A DNA stretch of 64,000 nt from a virus: IMG/VR virus record IMGVR_UViG_3300046171_000328, positions 4,523-68,522 of that record, one strand, 5' to 3'. Below are positions 47,802 to 56,717 of this stretch, one piece after another. Numbering within the stretch: position 1 is the first letter of the stretch; every line of letters begins with the position of its first letter. The notes beneath the pieces were generated by a model, which was not told where the DNA came from, ran no database searches, and saw only the letters and a list, made by a program, of their open reading frames with translations. A program made the position numbers and the translations under genes.

Positions 47802-49409
47802 ATGATTTTTCGTGACTTTCATGAAATCTTGACCGCTTGGAATATACCGCTGGAAAATCTGACGATCACCGATACTCTCCTAGAAACGGAGCTAGAGTAT
47901 CACCGATCTTTGGGCAAGGATGGCAAGGTGCAGGCGTTCTCCTGCGTGCTGGAAGACGAATCGCTTGTGCGCCACACTTGGTACATGCGCTTCGACACCG
48001 AGCAGGGAATCTTTCACGATGGACAACTGATTCCAGTTTACACCGAAACTGGTGCTGAGAATCCTCTCTATTCTAATCTTTCCCAAGCGATCACAGATTT
48101 AAATCAAGCGATTGTTCTCAGTGAAGTCAATGAAAGTTTTGGGGGTGATCTGGAATCCCTGAAGCGCTTTCAGGGATTAGTCGCTGAAAGCATCACAGAG
48201 AAAGAAGCTGAACTTGAAGCCTCTCTGTTGGAAGCTGAAGCTGAAGCTGAAGCGCTGGAGCCGATTGCCTATACGAGTCGAGGTCAGTTGGACCCTGCAG
48301 TCGATGGGGATCTTGATCTATTGGTTGAACCTGTTGCGCATGACACATGGGAAATCACGGCAGATGGGACATTGACATGGAATGCGGGAGTTGACTCTCA
48401 AGCCGTGCTGACAGGCGAATATTTGGTGATTGATTCTGATGGCTTGTTTACATTCAACCCTTACGATCCAAGTCTACCTCCACCCCCACCTCCGCCGACA
48501 TATGTTGATCGTGGACTGCTGGACCCAAATGACTCTCCAGATTTAGACTTGATCACGCTCTACGGAAATCCAAAACCGTTTGATGTATGGGAGATTACCG
48601 CCGCTGGGGCGTTTCAGTGGTTGCAAAACTCCAACGTTCAGGTAGTCAGTGCCGGTGAATTTCTGGTGATCGATGAAAACGGTGAATTCACCTTTGTCGG
48701 TACATCCCCACTGCCGTTTGTGCCGACATATGTTGACAGGGGAAGTCTTGATCCAACAACTGATGGGGATTTAGATCTGTTGGCAACCCCAGCGTCTTAC
48801 GATGTTTGGGAATTCTCTGCTGGCGGAACCGTCACTTGGAACGCAGGCGTAGACAGCCAAGTTGTTAATATTGGCGAATTCTTGGTGATTGATGAAAACG
48901 GAGATTACACGTTTACAGCAGTTTCTCCACTTCCTCCACCAGCACCAGCACCAGCACCTGTTACACCAACTTATGCAGATCGGGGTGCAATTGATCCGGC
49001 AACCGATGGGGATCTCGACTTGTTGCCGACACCCGCTCCATTCGATGTATGGGTTTGGGCCAACACTGGAACTGTTACATGGGCTGCAGGCGCAAACAGC
49101 CAAGCCGTCACTGCTAGTGAGTTTCTGGTGATTGATGGTAATGGAGACTTCACGTTTACGGCAGTTTCTCCGTTGCCAGCGCCGGCTGCACCACCGATTG
49201 TTTATAATGATCGGGGAACGCTTGATCCCACTTCTGATGGAGATCTGGACCTATTGATCACACCGGCAGCTAACGACTTCTGGCTGGTTTCAGCAGACGG
49301 CACAGTGACTTGGGGTGCAGGGGTAAACAGCCAAGCTGTTTTCACGAATGAATTTATCGTTATACAGTCTGATATGAGCTACCAGTTTACGAGTATGTCT
49401 CCAATCTAG
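47802..49409 (+). CDS. Acidic five-repeat protein, putative virion decoration or fibre
   Basis: Five ~70-aa units YxxRGxLDP..DLDL...DxW...G...W...Q.V...E.LVI joined by Pro-rich linkers. Confidence 0.7.
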   Translation: MIFRDFHEILTAWNIPLENLTITDTLLETELEYHRSLGKDGKVQAFSCVLEDESLVRHTWYMRFDTEQGIFHDGQLIPVYTETGAENPLYSNLSQAITDLNQAIVLSEVNESFGGDLESLKRFQGLVAESITEKEAELEASLLEAEAEAEALEPIAYTSRGQLDPAVDGDLDLLVEPVAHDTWEITADGTLTWNAGVDSQAVLTGEYLVIDSDGLFTFNPYDPSLPPPPPPPTYVDRGLLDPNDSPDLDLITLYGNPKPFDVWEITAAGAFQWLQNSNVQVVSAGEFLVIDENGEFTFVGTSPLPFVPTYVDRGSLDPTTDGDLDLLATPASYDVWEFSAGGTVTWNAGVDSQVVNIGEFLVIDENGDYTFTAVSPLPPPAPAPAPVTPTYADRGAIDPATDGDLDLLPTPAPFDVWVWANTGTVTWAAGANSQAVTASEFLVIDGNGDFTFTAVSPLPAPAAPPIVYNDRGTLDPTSDGDLDLLITPAANDFWLVSADGTVTWGAGVNSQAVFTNEFIVIQSDMSYQFTSMSPI

Positions 49410-49470
49410 TGGACTAGTTGACACTTTCCATGGACGGTTTTTTTTATCAATACCAGTTGGGGTATTTCCA

Positions 49471-49794
49471 ATGTTCTTCAAAACATCACTTTCTGTGATC
49501 GTTGGGATGTTGATTTCCTCCTGTTACGAACCTCCTGCGAGGGACGAGCGGCAAGAGATCAATATCAATAATAACAACAACATTGACATCGGTCTACCGG
49601 ATGACAATGACACGATCAATAACGGATCGAATTCAAGCTCAAGCTCAAGCTCAGATAATAACAGTAGCAACAGCAGTAGTGACTCAGATTCAAACTCCAG
49701 CAGCGATAACTCTAGTAGTAGTTCAAGCAAGCGAACACTGAGGATTCACAATGTCAATGACCTGCAGGTTTTTGAATTCAACATGATTCAATGA
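49471..49794 (+). CDS. Ser/Asn-rich lipoprotein
   Basis: Signal peptide with lipobox ISSC; low-complexity core. Confidence 0.6.
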   Translation: MFFKTSLSVIVGMLISSCYEPPARDERQEININNNNNIDIGLPDDNDTINNGSNSSSSSSSDNNSSNSSSDSDSNSSSDNSSSSSSKRTLRIHNVNDLQVFEFNMIQ

Positions 49795-49910
49795 GGTTGT
49801 GGCTTTTGTTCGCGCTAGCCGTCGTTAGCTGCACCGAACCGCCGGTGACAGTTGATGAGAGCCATTGGGATAATAACTCCAAGACGGAGAATTTAAGTGA
49901 CGGGTACTGA
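49791..49910 (+). CDS. Small lipoprotein (not in the ORF track)
   Basis: MRLWLLFALAVVSC..., 39 aa, ATGA overlap. Confidence 0.5.
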   Translation: MRLWLLFALAVVSCTEPPVTVDESHWDNNSKTENLSDGY

Positions 49911-50244
49911 GCTATTTTCGGCCAAGCATTACGCCGAGTGGACTCGGCAGCTTAAAGAAAAAGACAAGGATTTTGCTTCAAAAATTAAGCGGGAGCGTCC
50001 AGACCTGACAATTAAACAGATGCTGGATGGCCGGCGCGAAGAAATGCGCTATGCGATCTCTGTTGAGTCTGCGGCACGCTTGCTTGGATTCAACGCAAAG
50101 ACCCTACGCCGGTTGGTTGATGATCCTTACAACCTGCACCTAGAAACGATTTCGCCGAACCGCGCCAAGGGCGGACATCGTTATTTGTGGCTAGAAGACG
50201 TGCTTGAATACAGTAAACGAATCATCAGTGATTGTGATGGCTAG
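49897..50244 (+). CDS. MerR/excisionase-like HTH DNA-binding protein
   Basis: ISVESAARLLGFNAKTLRRL...GGHRY..EDV. Confidence 0.7.
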   Translation: MTGTELFSAKHYAEWTRQLKEKDKDFASKIKRERPDLTIKQMLDGRREEMRYAISVESAARLLGFNAKTLRRLVDDPYNLHLETISPNRAKGGHRYLWLEDVLEYSKRIISDCDG

Positions 50245-51226
50245 TAGAAATACGAGAGTCAAACGACCTGAAGGAACAAAGGACGTGCTGCCGGCGGATG
50301 TTCAGAAAAGCAACACGGGCAAGAAGGCCAAGCGTGATGCTTCACAGGCAACTGCAAATCAGCATGGTGAAAACAGCCCTGACAAGGTTTCGCAACTGCA
50401 GGTAGTTCAACTGAAGAGTCTGTGGGATCTCAACATTACAATGAAAGAGATCAGCGCTAGATTAGGCTGGGGGATGAAAAAGATTTATCGCATCGCCGAG
50501 GCCTATAATTTCCCCAAAAGACAACGCATTCAATCGCCCGAATCAATGGACCCGAATGGGCCTGAACTGACGAAGTTTCGACAGCTTTGGGAGCAAGGTG
50601 TACCCAGAGCAGAGATTGAGCTAATCATGGGCTGGCGTGAAAACTATGTATCCAAAGCTAAAAAAAGGCTTGGGTTGCCAAACCGGCGCGACAATGGGGG
50701 AGTTTCTGGATCAAACCTTCAGGGAGCAAGACATCTAGAGCCGGAAGAAGCGGCGGTCATTATACGAGAAGAGGACGAGACAAGCCGACACATTGAACAC
50801 ATCATGACGGGGCCGCTGGATGAGCGAGGCCGTCAAAGCCTCAGAAGTTTTGAGGTTAGTAACATCCGTGCTTTGGCTGAAGATGAGTTTGGCCGACAGC
50901 TTGAGCAAACCGATGCTTTGGAGCGTCTTGCTTGGGAATGTATTGATGTGATGGGACGGACCAGAGGAGAGATCGCTGCTTTTGACGATGAAGAATCGCT
51001 ACTGAAGAAAACTCAATTGATTAAGGGCGCAACAGAGCTTATTCAAAAGTCGATGGAACATCGACGCAAACTGCTCCGTGTGGATGATGCGACTCAAGGA
51101 GAATCTGAAGGAGATATGTTCAATATCGACTTTGTTGCGGCGGCTAAAGAAGGTGGCCTGAAGTTCCAAGATCCCATTCCAAAATACACTGACGATCTAG
51201 ATTTCGAAGCTGATGACAGTTACTAG
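50237..51226 (+). CDS. Putative terminase small subunit with tandem HTH units
   Basis: Two HTH-like units (LWDLNITMKEISARLGW, LWEQGVPRAEIELIMGW); overlaps the large terminase start. Confidence 0.55.
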   Translation: MASRNTRVKRPEGTKDVLPADVQKSNTGKKAKRDASQATANQHGENSPDKVSQLQVVQLKSLWDLNITMKEISARLGWGMKKIYRIAEAYNFPKRQRIQSPESMDPNGPELTKFRQLWEQGVPRAEIELIMGWRENYVSKAKKRLGLPNRRDNGGVSGSNLQGARHLEPEEAAVIIREEDETSRHIEHIMTGPLDERGRQSLRSFEVSNIRALAEDEFGRQLEQTDALERLAWECIDVMGRTRGEIAAFDDEESLLKKTQLIKGATELIQKSMEHRRKLLRVDDATQGESEGDMFNIDFVAAAKEGGLKFQDPIPKYTDDLDFEADDSY

Positions 51227-52791
51227 AATTCGCAGTCGAGGACAAGAAGCGATTCACCGGTTCTATACGGAATACGTCAGTCGTTATGCTGACGATCCAA
51301 TGCGCTTTTGTCAAGAAGCATTGAGTTTTGAACCAACCTTCCAACAGACTGAATTAATTGAAGGAATTCGAGAAAATAAGCGCTGTGTCTGTAGGGCAGG
51401 TCATGGTGTGGGAAAAACAAAAGCTACGTCTTCTATTATCCTCTGGTGGATCACTACAAGGCCCTTCAGCCGAGTTTTAGCAACCAGTCCGAACATCTCC
51501 ATTCTCCACAAAGTTCTCTGGCCTGAACTAGCAGCAGGCTTTTACGAGCTATGCCAGAAATTCCCTCCGATGCCATCCCTTTTTGGAATTACCCGCACCA
51601 CATTTTATCAAGTGCAACATGCGCAACGCTGGTTTGCAGTGGCCAGAACCAGTGGCAAGGGCCGCTCTCAGGGCATTGCAGGTCAACACGCTGAACACTT
51701 TTTGTGTGTGGTTGAAGAAGCCAGTGCAGTCGAGGAAGAGGTGTTTGAGGTACTGGATGGAGCGCTCACTGGTGGTCCTGAAAACAAGCTGATCATGGTA
51801 GGGAATCCAACGCAGAACCATGGCCGATTCTATGATGCGTTTCACTCCAAGGCTGATGGCTATTTGAAGCTCCATTGGAACGGTGAAGAATCGCCGCTGG
51901 TCAATGAAGACATGATCAAACTGTTTCAGGAAGAGTACGGTGTCGGCAGCCGAGAGTACGACGTAAGAGTCAAAGGAGAATTCCCCGAAGAAAATTTCAG
52001 GAATGCTTTTGGGCCACAGCGAAATTTCAGCAATGGAAACCAATGTTGTGGAGCATCAGACGCCACCAATGAAAATCATCTCTGTGGACGTGGCTGGATC
52101 AGGTCGAGACTCCAGCGTGATCATGGTGCTACGAGTGTCTGGTGACGGTTCAGAGCGTCGAGTTGAGATTGAAGAGATTCGGGAATATCAAATCGGTGTG
52201 GATACCATGCAATTGGCTGCTGAAGTGGCGTTTTTATTTCGGCAGGAGCGTTGCCAACTGATCGTTGATTCGGTGGGCGTAGGTCAAGGGGTGAGTGACT
52301 TTATGACTCAATCAGAGATTGAACACCATGCCTGTAATTGGGGTAGGCCCTCATGGTTTGCAGATCGATTTGCCAATCAACGGGCGGAAGCCTTTCATTG
52401 GATGCGAGAGTGTGTCGTTCGAAAAGAGATCAGTTGTGCAAAAAATCCCAAACTTTTTAACCAGATGGGCAACCTCCCGTATGGCTATAACGAGCGCGGG
52501 AAGCTCCAGATGTGGAGTAAGGACAGACTAATCGCCAAGGGGATCAAGTCTCCAGACTTAGCTGACTCACTGGCTATGAGTTTTCTGGTGGCTTACGAGC
52601 CACCACCGGACATACGCAACATGGTACAGCCCAATCAATCCCAAACACCAGAGCAGGAACAGTCAACAGCAGAGGAGTCTGTCACTTTTGGCGCGGCAGT
52701 TCCTACAACACTTTTGCCTTCACAACCTTCACAACCATCTACTCAAGACGGTGGTGATCCCTTCAACGACTTTTTATCAACGGACTGGTAA
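51213..52791 (+). CDS. Terminase large subunit, PacB-like (frameshift near 51996)
   Basis: RAGHGVGKT, AGQHAE, VEEAS, GNPT, VKGEFP; nuclease half SVDVAGSGRDSSV...KSPDLADSLAM in the other frame. Confidence 0.9.
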
Positions 52792-53121
52792 ATGTCAGCA
52801 TCTGAAGAAAACTGGACGCAGTACAGCGAAGAGCTTTATTTACTTCGTGACATGTTTTTATCGCTTCATCTGGAACAACATGCTTCTGAAGAAAAGTACC
52901 GACAGATTCTAAACGGCTACAAAATCGGCCTGAAGACTCGCAATCGCAAGTGGGAAGGCTTTGATTATGTCAGAACCATGAATGTTGTTGAGTTCATCGA
53001 AAAAAATCTTCCAGAAGTCCATTTCCGAAATTCAGCTTGGCAAGTTTGCTATAACTGTCCGCGCCCACGATTCTTAATGGGTCAACTGGCACATATCAAT
53101 TTCGTTAGCAAGTATGGCTGA
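52792..53121 (+). CDS. Hypothetical protein
   Basis: Abuts the terminase stop and overlaps the next gene. Confidence 0.6.
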   Translation: MSASEENWTQYSEELYLLRDMFLSLHLEQHASEEKYRQILNGYKIGLKTRNRKWEGFDYVRTMNVVEFIEKNLPEVHFRNSAWQVCYNCPRPRFLMGQLAHINFVSKYG

Positions 53122-53776
53122 TTTCTTTGATGTAGCTCAAAATACTACTGAAACAATCAAAGTAGCGGCATTCAGCCCGAACTCCAAGCCACAGCGCTAT
53201 CTATGCTTGGCTATGCGTAGTGGAGGCCGTGTGGGTATACGAGCCATGGAAACCTTTGGTTCCGTTTCGATTCCGTATGAGCCTTTCAAGGTTCAGGAGC
53301 GTCTGCACTGGCTGGAAAGTCGAGGGTTCATTGTGGTGACCGACAGTGAGCATGAGCTTTGGAATCAGTGGCCGAACATCAAGATGAGTCTGAGAGAGCA
53401 TAGTAATGTGATCAACCGAGACTATGCGCTGGACCTGCTTGTGGAATACCACGAAAGCGGCATGTTGGCGCTTCCTGAAGAACATATGGGGATTGTTCCA
53501 TCACCGCTGGAATACCGCCGTGTTGGCTCTTCTGTAAGCTCCCAGTACGAGTTCCGCAGCTACCGGCCAACCCTCAACGTCTTGTTAGTGGCAATACTAG
53601 CATTGACCAAACCTCCCCTGCTCTCCTCGACATTTATCAATGAATTCTACGGGCATCGGCTTGAGGAAGAAGCCACATTTGATTCACTTAAAACCTTCAA
53701 AGCGATCACGACGAATCTAGACAAACAGATTGCAAGGGAATTTGATCGAGATCCGCGCTACAACTCACAAGAGTAA
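53114..53776 (+). CDS. Putative morphogenetic protein (resembles a P1 pmg product)
   Basis: LESRGFIVVTD...ALDLLVEY...LALP...VLLVAILA pattern; late-operon context. Confidence 0.5.
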   Translation: MADFFDVAQNTTETIKVAAFSPNSKPQRYLCLAMRSGGRVGIRAMETFGSVSIPYEPFKVQERLHWLESRGFIVVTDSEHELWNQWPNIKMSLREHSNVINRDYALDLLVEYHESGMLALPEEHMGIVPSPLEYRRVGSSVSSQYEFRSYRPTLNVLLVAILALTKPPLLSSTFINEFYGHRLEEEATFDSLKTFKAITTNLDKQIAREFDRDPRYNSQE

Positions 53777-53777
53777 A

Positions 53778-53933
53778 ATGCAATTTCTAACCGTGCTTTT
53801 TTTCTTGATTTCGATAATATGTCTGGCAACCGGTAGCTTTTATGTCTTTGAGAGAGAATTTGAGATAGCCGCGCTATTGAGTATCCAAAGCTGGATTTAT
53901 CTGAAAGTTGCCAACACTTTTGGGGCCACATGA
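53778..53933 (+). CDS. Small membrane protein
   Basis: 51 aa, two hydrophobic stretches, ATGA overlap with the next gene. Confidence 0.5.
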   Translation: MQFLTVLFFLISIICLATGSFYVFEREFEIAALLSIQSWIYLKVANTFGAT

Positions 53934-54688
53934 GTTTTTCATCGGTTCAAGGATTTCATCCACTGGAGATTTCAAGTATGCTCACAGACATGTCACGGCG
54001 AATCAGCGTTGATCAACAGTACGTCAATGTGATTATTGAGGAGGCTGACAAGGGGCGTGCGGACCTTATCGCACAGAGAATATATGGCGACACCCAACTG
54101 CTCTGGGTTGTGGCCAAGTTTGCTGGCATTAAATCGATGCAGGACACGCTAGTTGCCGGCAAGACTCTACAGCTTCCGTCACTGCAGAATGTGGCACAGG
54201 CGCTGCGCAAGGAGCGCACCGAAGGAATTCCCGTCTTTACCTACACAGCCACGCAAGAAGAACTCGACTCTCTTACAGAGCAGACAAACCAGAGCCAGAC
54301 GAATCAAGATGACATTTTTGAAGAGCTTGCCACTGAAACGATTTTTGTGGGCCAGCCGATCATTTTGACTTCTGATGGCAAGGTTAGCCTTGCTGAAAAC
54401 AATGGGACTGAGTATCGGGTTCATGGAATTGCTCTGACCAATTCCACAGGTAATGCGCCGGTGAGCTATACGACGGTGGGAGAAGTTGAGATCGCTAACT
54501 GGTCCATTCTGACTAGTGAAGGTGCTACAGACCCAACGGTTGGTAAGGTAGTGTACTTGGCAGAGGCTGGTAGAGGCTTGTTAACTCTAGTCCCGCCTCA
54601 AGCTGCCGGTAAGCACGCAGTGAAAATCGGATCGATCAGGACCGGCGGAAAATTATTTGTCGATGTGGGCACACCTATAGGTTTGTGA
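53930..54688 (+). CDS. Baseplate protein, P1 gp26-like (LysM-like) with C-terminal fibre-type extension
   Basis: RADLIAQRIYGDTQLLWVV...LVAGKTLQLPS. Confidence 0.75.
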   Translation: MSFSSVQGFHPLEISSMLTDMSRRISVDQQYVNVIIEEADKGRADLIAQRIYGDTQLLWVVAKFAGIKSMQDTLVAGKTLQLPSLQNVAQALRKERTEGIPVFTYTATQEELDSLTEQTNQSQTNQDDIFEELATETIFVGQPIILTSDGKVSLAENNGTEYRVHGIALTNSTGNAPVSYTTVGEVEIANWSILTSEGATDPTVGKVVYLAEAGRGLLTLVPPQAAGKHAVKIGSIRTGGKLFVDVGTPIGL

Positions 54689-54695
54689 GGAAATC

Positions 54696-55010
54696 ATGGC
54701 AGAATTTCGCGCCCTTTTTTACTCTTGGGCCGATGGAGAAATACGGGTCCTTCCCCAAGGGGAGGTCCTAAGTGCAGACTCATTCAGCTATATTGTTAGA
54801 TATGTAGCACCAAGCATAGAGTGGGTGATTCCTCACCAGCTAGGAGTCTACTTACCACAAATTAGCTATAAAATTATCGGGAAAGGTGGCATTCCACACT
54901 ACGCCGGTGTTGATGAACTCAAGAGCGACCAATTCCAAACGACATTGCATCTAACCATGCCCGTCGAAGGCGTGCTTCAGTATCAGATTCTTGAAAATAT
55001 TGCAGCATGA
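54696..55010 (+). CDS. Hypothetical structural protein
   Basis: GAGG RBS; WVIPHQLG motif common in phage tail proteins. Confidence 0.55.
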   Translation: MAEFRALFYSWADGEIRVLPQGEVLSADSFSYIVRYVAPSIEWVIPHQLGVYLPQISYKIIGKGGIPHYAGVDELKSDQFQTTLHLTMPVEGVLQYQILENIAA

Positions 55011-55213
55011 TCAGACCAAAGCCGGCAGATGTTGAGGCCCACCTGATGGAGGTCTGGCATCAACTGAACCAGATGGACATGGTAGTTGATCCATGGAAAG
55101 ACTTTAAGGTATTCAAGCATGGCATCAGTGAGCCGCCATTTAAGGAGTCCAAGCTGACTAGGATTCACAACGACAGGCCGATTGCACCGGATAATTACCG
55201 GTGGGTTGTTTAG
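55007..55213 (+). CDS. Single degenerate HNH-like module
   Basis: WKDFKVF...EPP...LTRIHNDRPIAPDNYRWV parallels the repeats of the next gene. Confidence 0.5.
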   Translation: MIRPKPADVEAHLMEVWHQLNQMDMVVDPWKDFKVFKHGISEPPFKESKLTRIHNDRPIAPDNYRWVV

Positions 55214-55250
55214 AACGAGTCTTGTTTTTAATGGATAGAATAAGTATAAT
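55203..55250 (+). promoter_or_regulatory. Promoter for the endonuclease gene
   Basis: GGGTTGTTT at 55203, then TTGTTT(55222)-N17-TATAAT(55245). Confidence 0.55.
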
Positions 55251-55284
55251 ATAAATATACTTTTCTTTTCCATTATGAGGAATC

Positions 55285-56238
55285 ATGTTTCACTACATCT
55301 ATCAAATCAACGTTGGCAAGAAATTCTATATCGGTAAGCGTTCATCAAAGTTGCCACCACAAACAGACCCATACATGGGTTCAGGGAATGTTGTAAGGCG
55401 CTACAAGCGGATGTTTGGCACTCAAGGAATGCAGAAGATTATCTTGGAAACCTGTTGGTCTGAAAAAGAAGCATTGAGCCGTGAACATGAAATAGTGACA
55501 TGGAAAATGGTTCGTCACCCAAATTGTTTGAATCGTATTGAAGGAGGGCAAAGCCTAGTTAAGGAAGTTGATGTACCAATAGCAGATCCAGAGACAGGGA
55601 ATAAGACTAGAACATATTTGAGTTGGGAAGGTATGTGGCGGCGCTATAAAAATGAAGTCTGTGAAGCGTGGTCCGTTTGGAGCCAGTTTTTTCACGACAT
55701 GGGAGAAAAGCCTCAAGGAATACCAAAATCAGTAACTTTGGAACGTCATGAAAAATCGCTCCCATTTTCTAAAAACAACTGCTACTGGAAAGTCGCACCT
55801 CCAACAAGAAACAAAGAGACAGGCAAACCGACCGGAACGTACAAAGCATATACAGAAATGAAGGCACGCAACCCTAAAGAAATCATTTGTGAAGATTGGT
55901 TGCATGACTGGAACTGTTTTTATAATGACATGGGTAAAAAACCAGAGGCTCGTTACTCTGAATTAAAACGCCATGACAATTCATTGCCATGGTCTAAAGA
56001 GAATTGTTATTGGAAAATAGCTGGAGTGCCTACCAAAGATCCAAGAACCGGTAAATCTACTAAAATGTATGACGCTTGGCGATGTATGAAGAAGCGGAAT
56101 AGAAATATGGTCTGTGAAGAATGGTTAGATAATTACAGCCAGTTTTATAATGACATGGGTGAGAAAGTCGGAACTTTGAAGCGTTACGATATGTCAAAGC
56201 CCTTTTCAAAATCCAACTGCTATTGGAAAACCAAATGA
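55285..56238 (+). CDS. GIY-YIG homing endonuclease with three HNH-like repeats
   Basis: YIYQI...FYIGKR...YMGSG...E; three CExW..F..DMG.K...L.R...PxSKxNCYWK units. Confidence 0.8.
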   Translation: MFHYIYQINVGKKFYIGKRSSKLPPQTDPYMGSGNVVRRYKRMFGTQGMQKIILETCWSEKEALSREHEIVTWKMVRHPNCLNRIEGGQSLVKEVDVPIADPETGNKTRTYLSWEGMWRRYKNEVCEAWSVWSQFFHDMGEKPQGIPKSVTLERHEKSLPFSKNNCYWKVAPPTRNKETGKPTGTYKAYTEMKARNPKEIICEDWLHDWNCFYNDMGKKPEARYSELKRHDNSLPWSKENCYWKIAGVPTKDPRTGKSTKMYDAWRCMKKRNRNMVCEEWLDNYSQFYNDMGEKVGTLKRYDMSKPFSKSNCYWKTK

Positions 56239-56717
56239 GACTATTCATTGGATTGGCGTTGATCTTATCTACCTGTCAACCCGCTTATGGCAAAGCAGGC
56301 AGTGACAACTACTGGATTGTTGAGGTTGTCCGAGTGATCGACGGAGACACTTTGTCCGTAAATTTGGCCATGGAAAACGCCGAACAGTGGTCGATCTTTG
56401 CCAAAGAAATTCCCATACGCTTGCGTGGAATCGATGCTCCTGCGGTCATGCGGTACGAGAAGTGCCTCAAGGAAGCCCAACTTGGAGATGAAGCCCGAAA
56501 AATGGTGAAGCAGTTGATTCGCGAAGCAACGACGGTTACGGTTAAAAATCCCAGACGTGGAAATTACTTTAGAGTCGTTGGAGACGTATACGTTGATGGT
56601 CCAATGGGTTATGCCAACATAGCAGATCTACTCCAGATTGCCGGTCTGGCTGTTGAATGGGATGGCCGAGGCAAAAAACCCAATTGGTGCGCTGCTCCCT
56701 ACCCATCTAAAAAATAG
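56235..56717 (+). CDS. Thermonuclease (SNase) family protein with signal peptide
   Basis: VVRVIDGDT, IRLRGIDAP, YFRVVGDVYVDG. Confidence 0.88.
   Translation: MRLFIGLALILSTCQPAYGKAGSDNYWIVEVVRVIDGDTLSVNLAMENAEQWSIFAKEIPIRLRGIDAPAVMRYEKCLKEAQLGDEARKMVKQLIREATTVTVKNPRRGNYFRVVGDVYVDGPMGYANIADLLQIAGLAVEWDGRGKKPNWCAAPYPSKK

Noticed and set aside
49555-49730. AAC/AAT-rich tract as a DGR template repeat
   Set aside because: It is the in-frame Asn/Ser low-complexity part of a lipoprotein with no similarity to the Mtd-like gene
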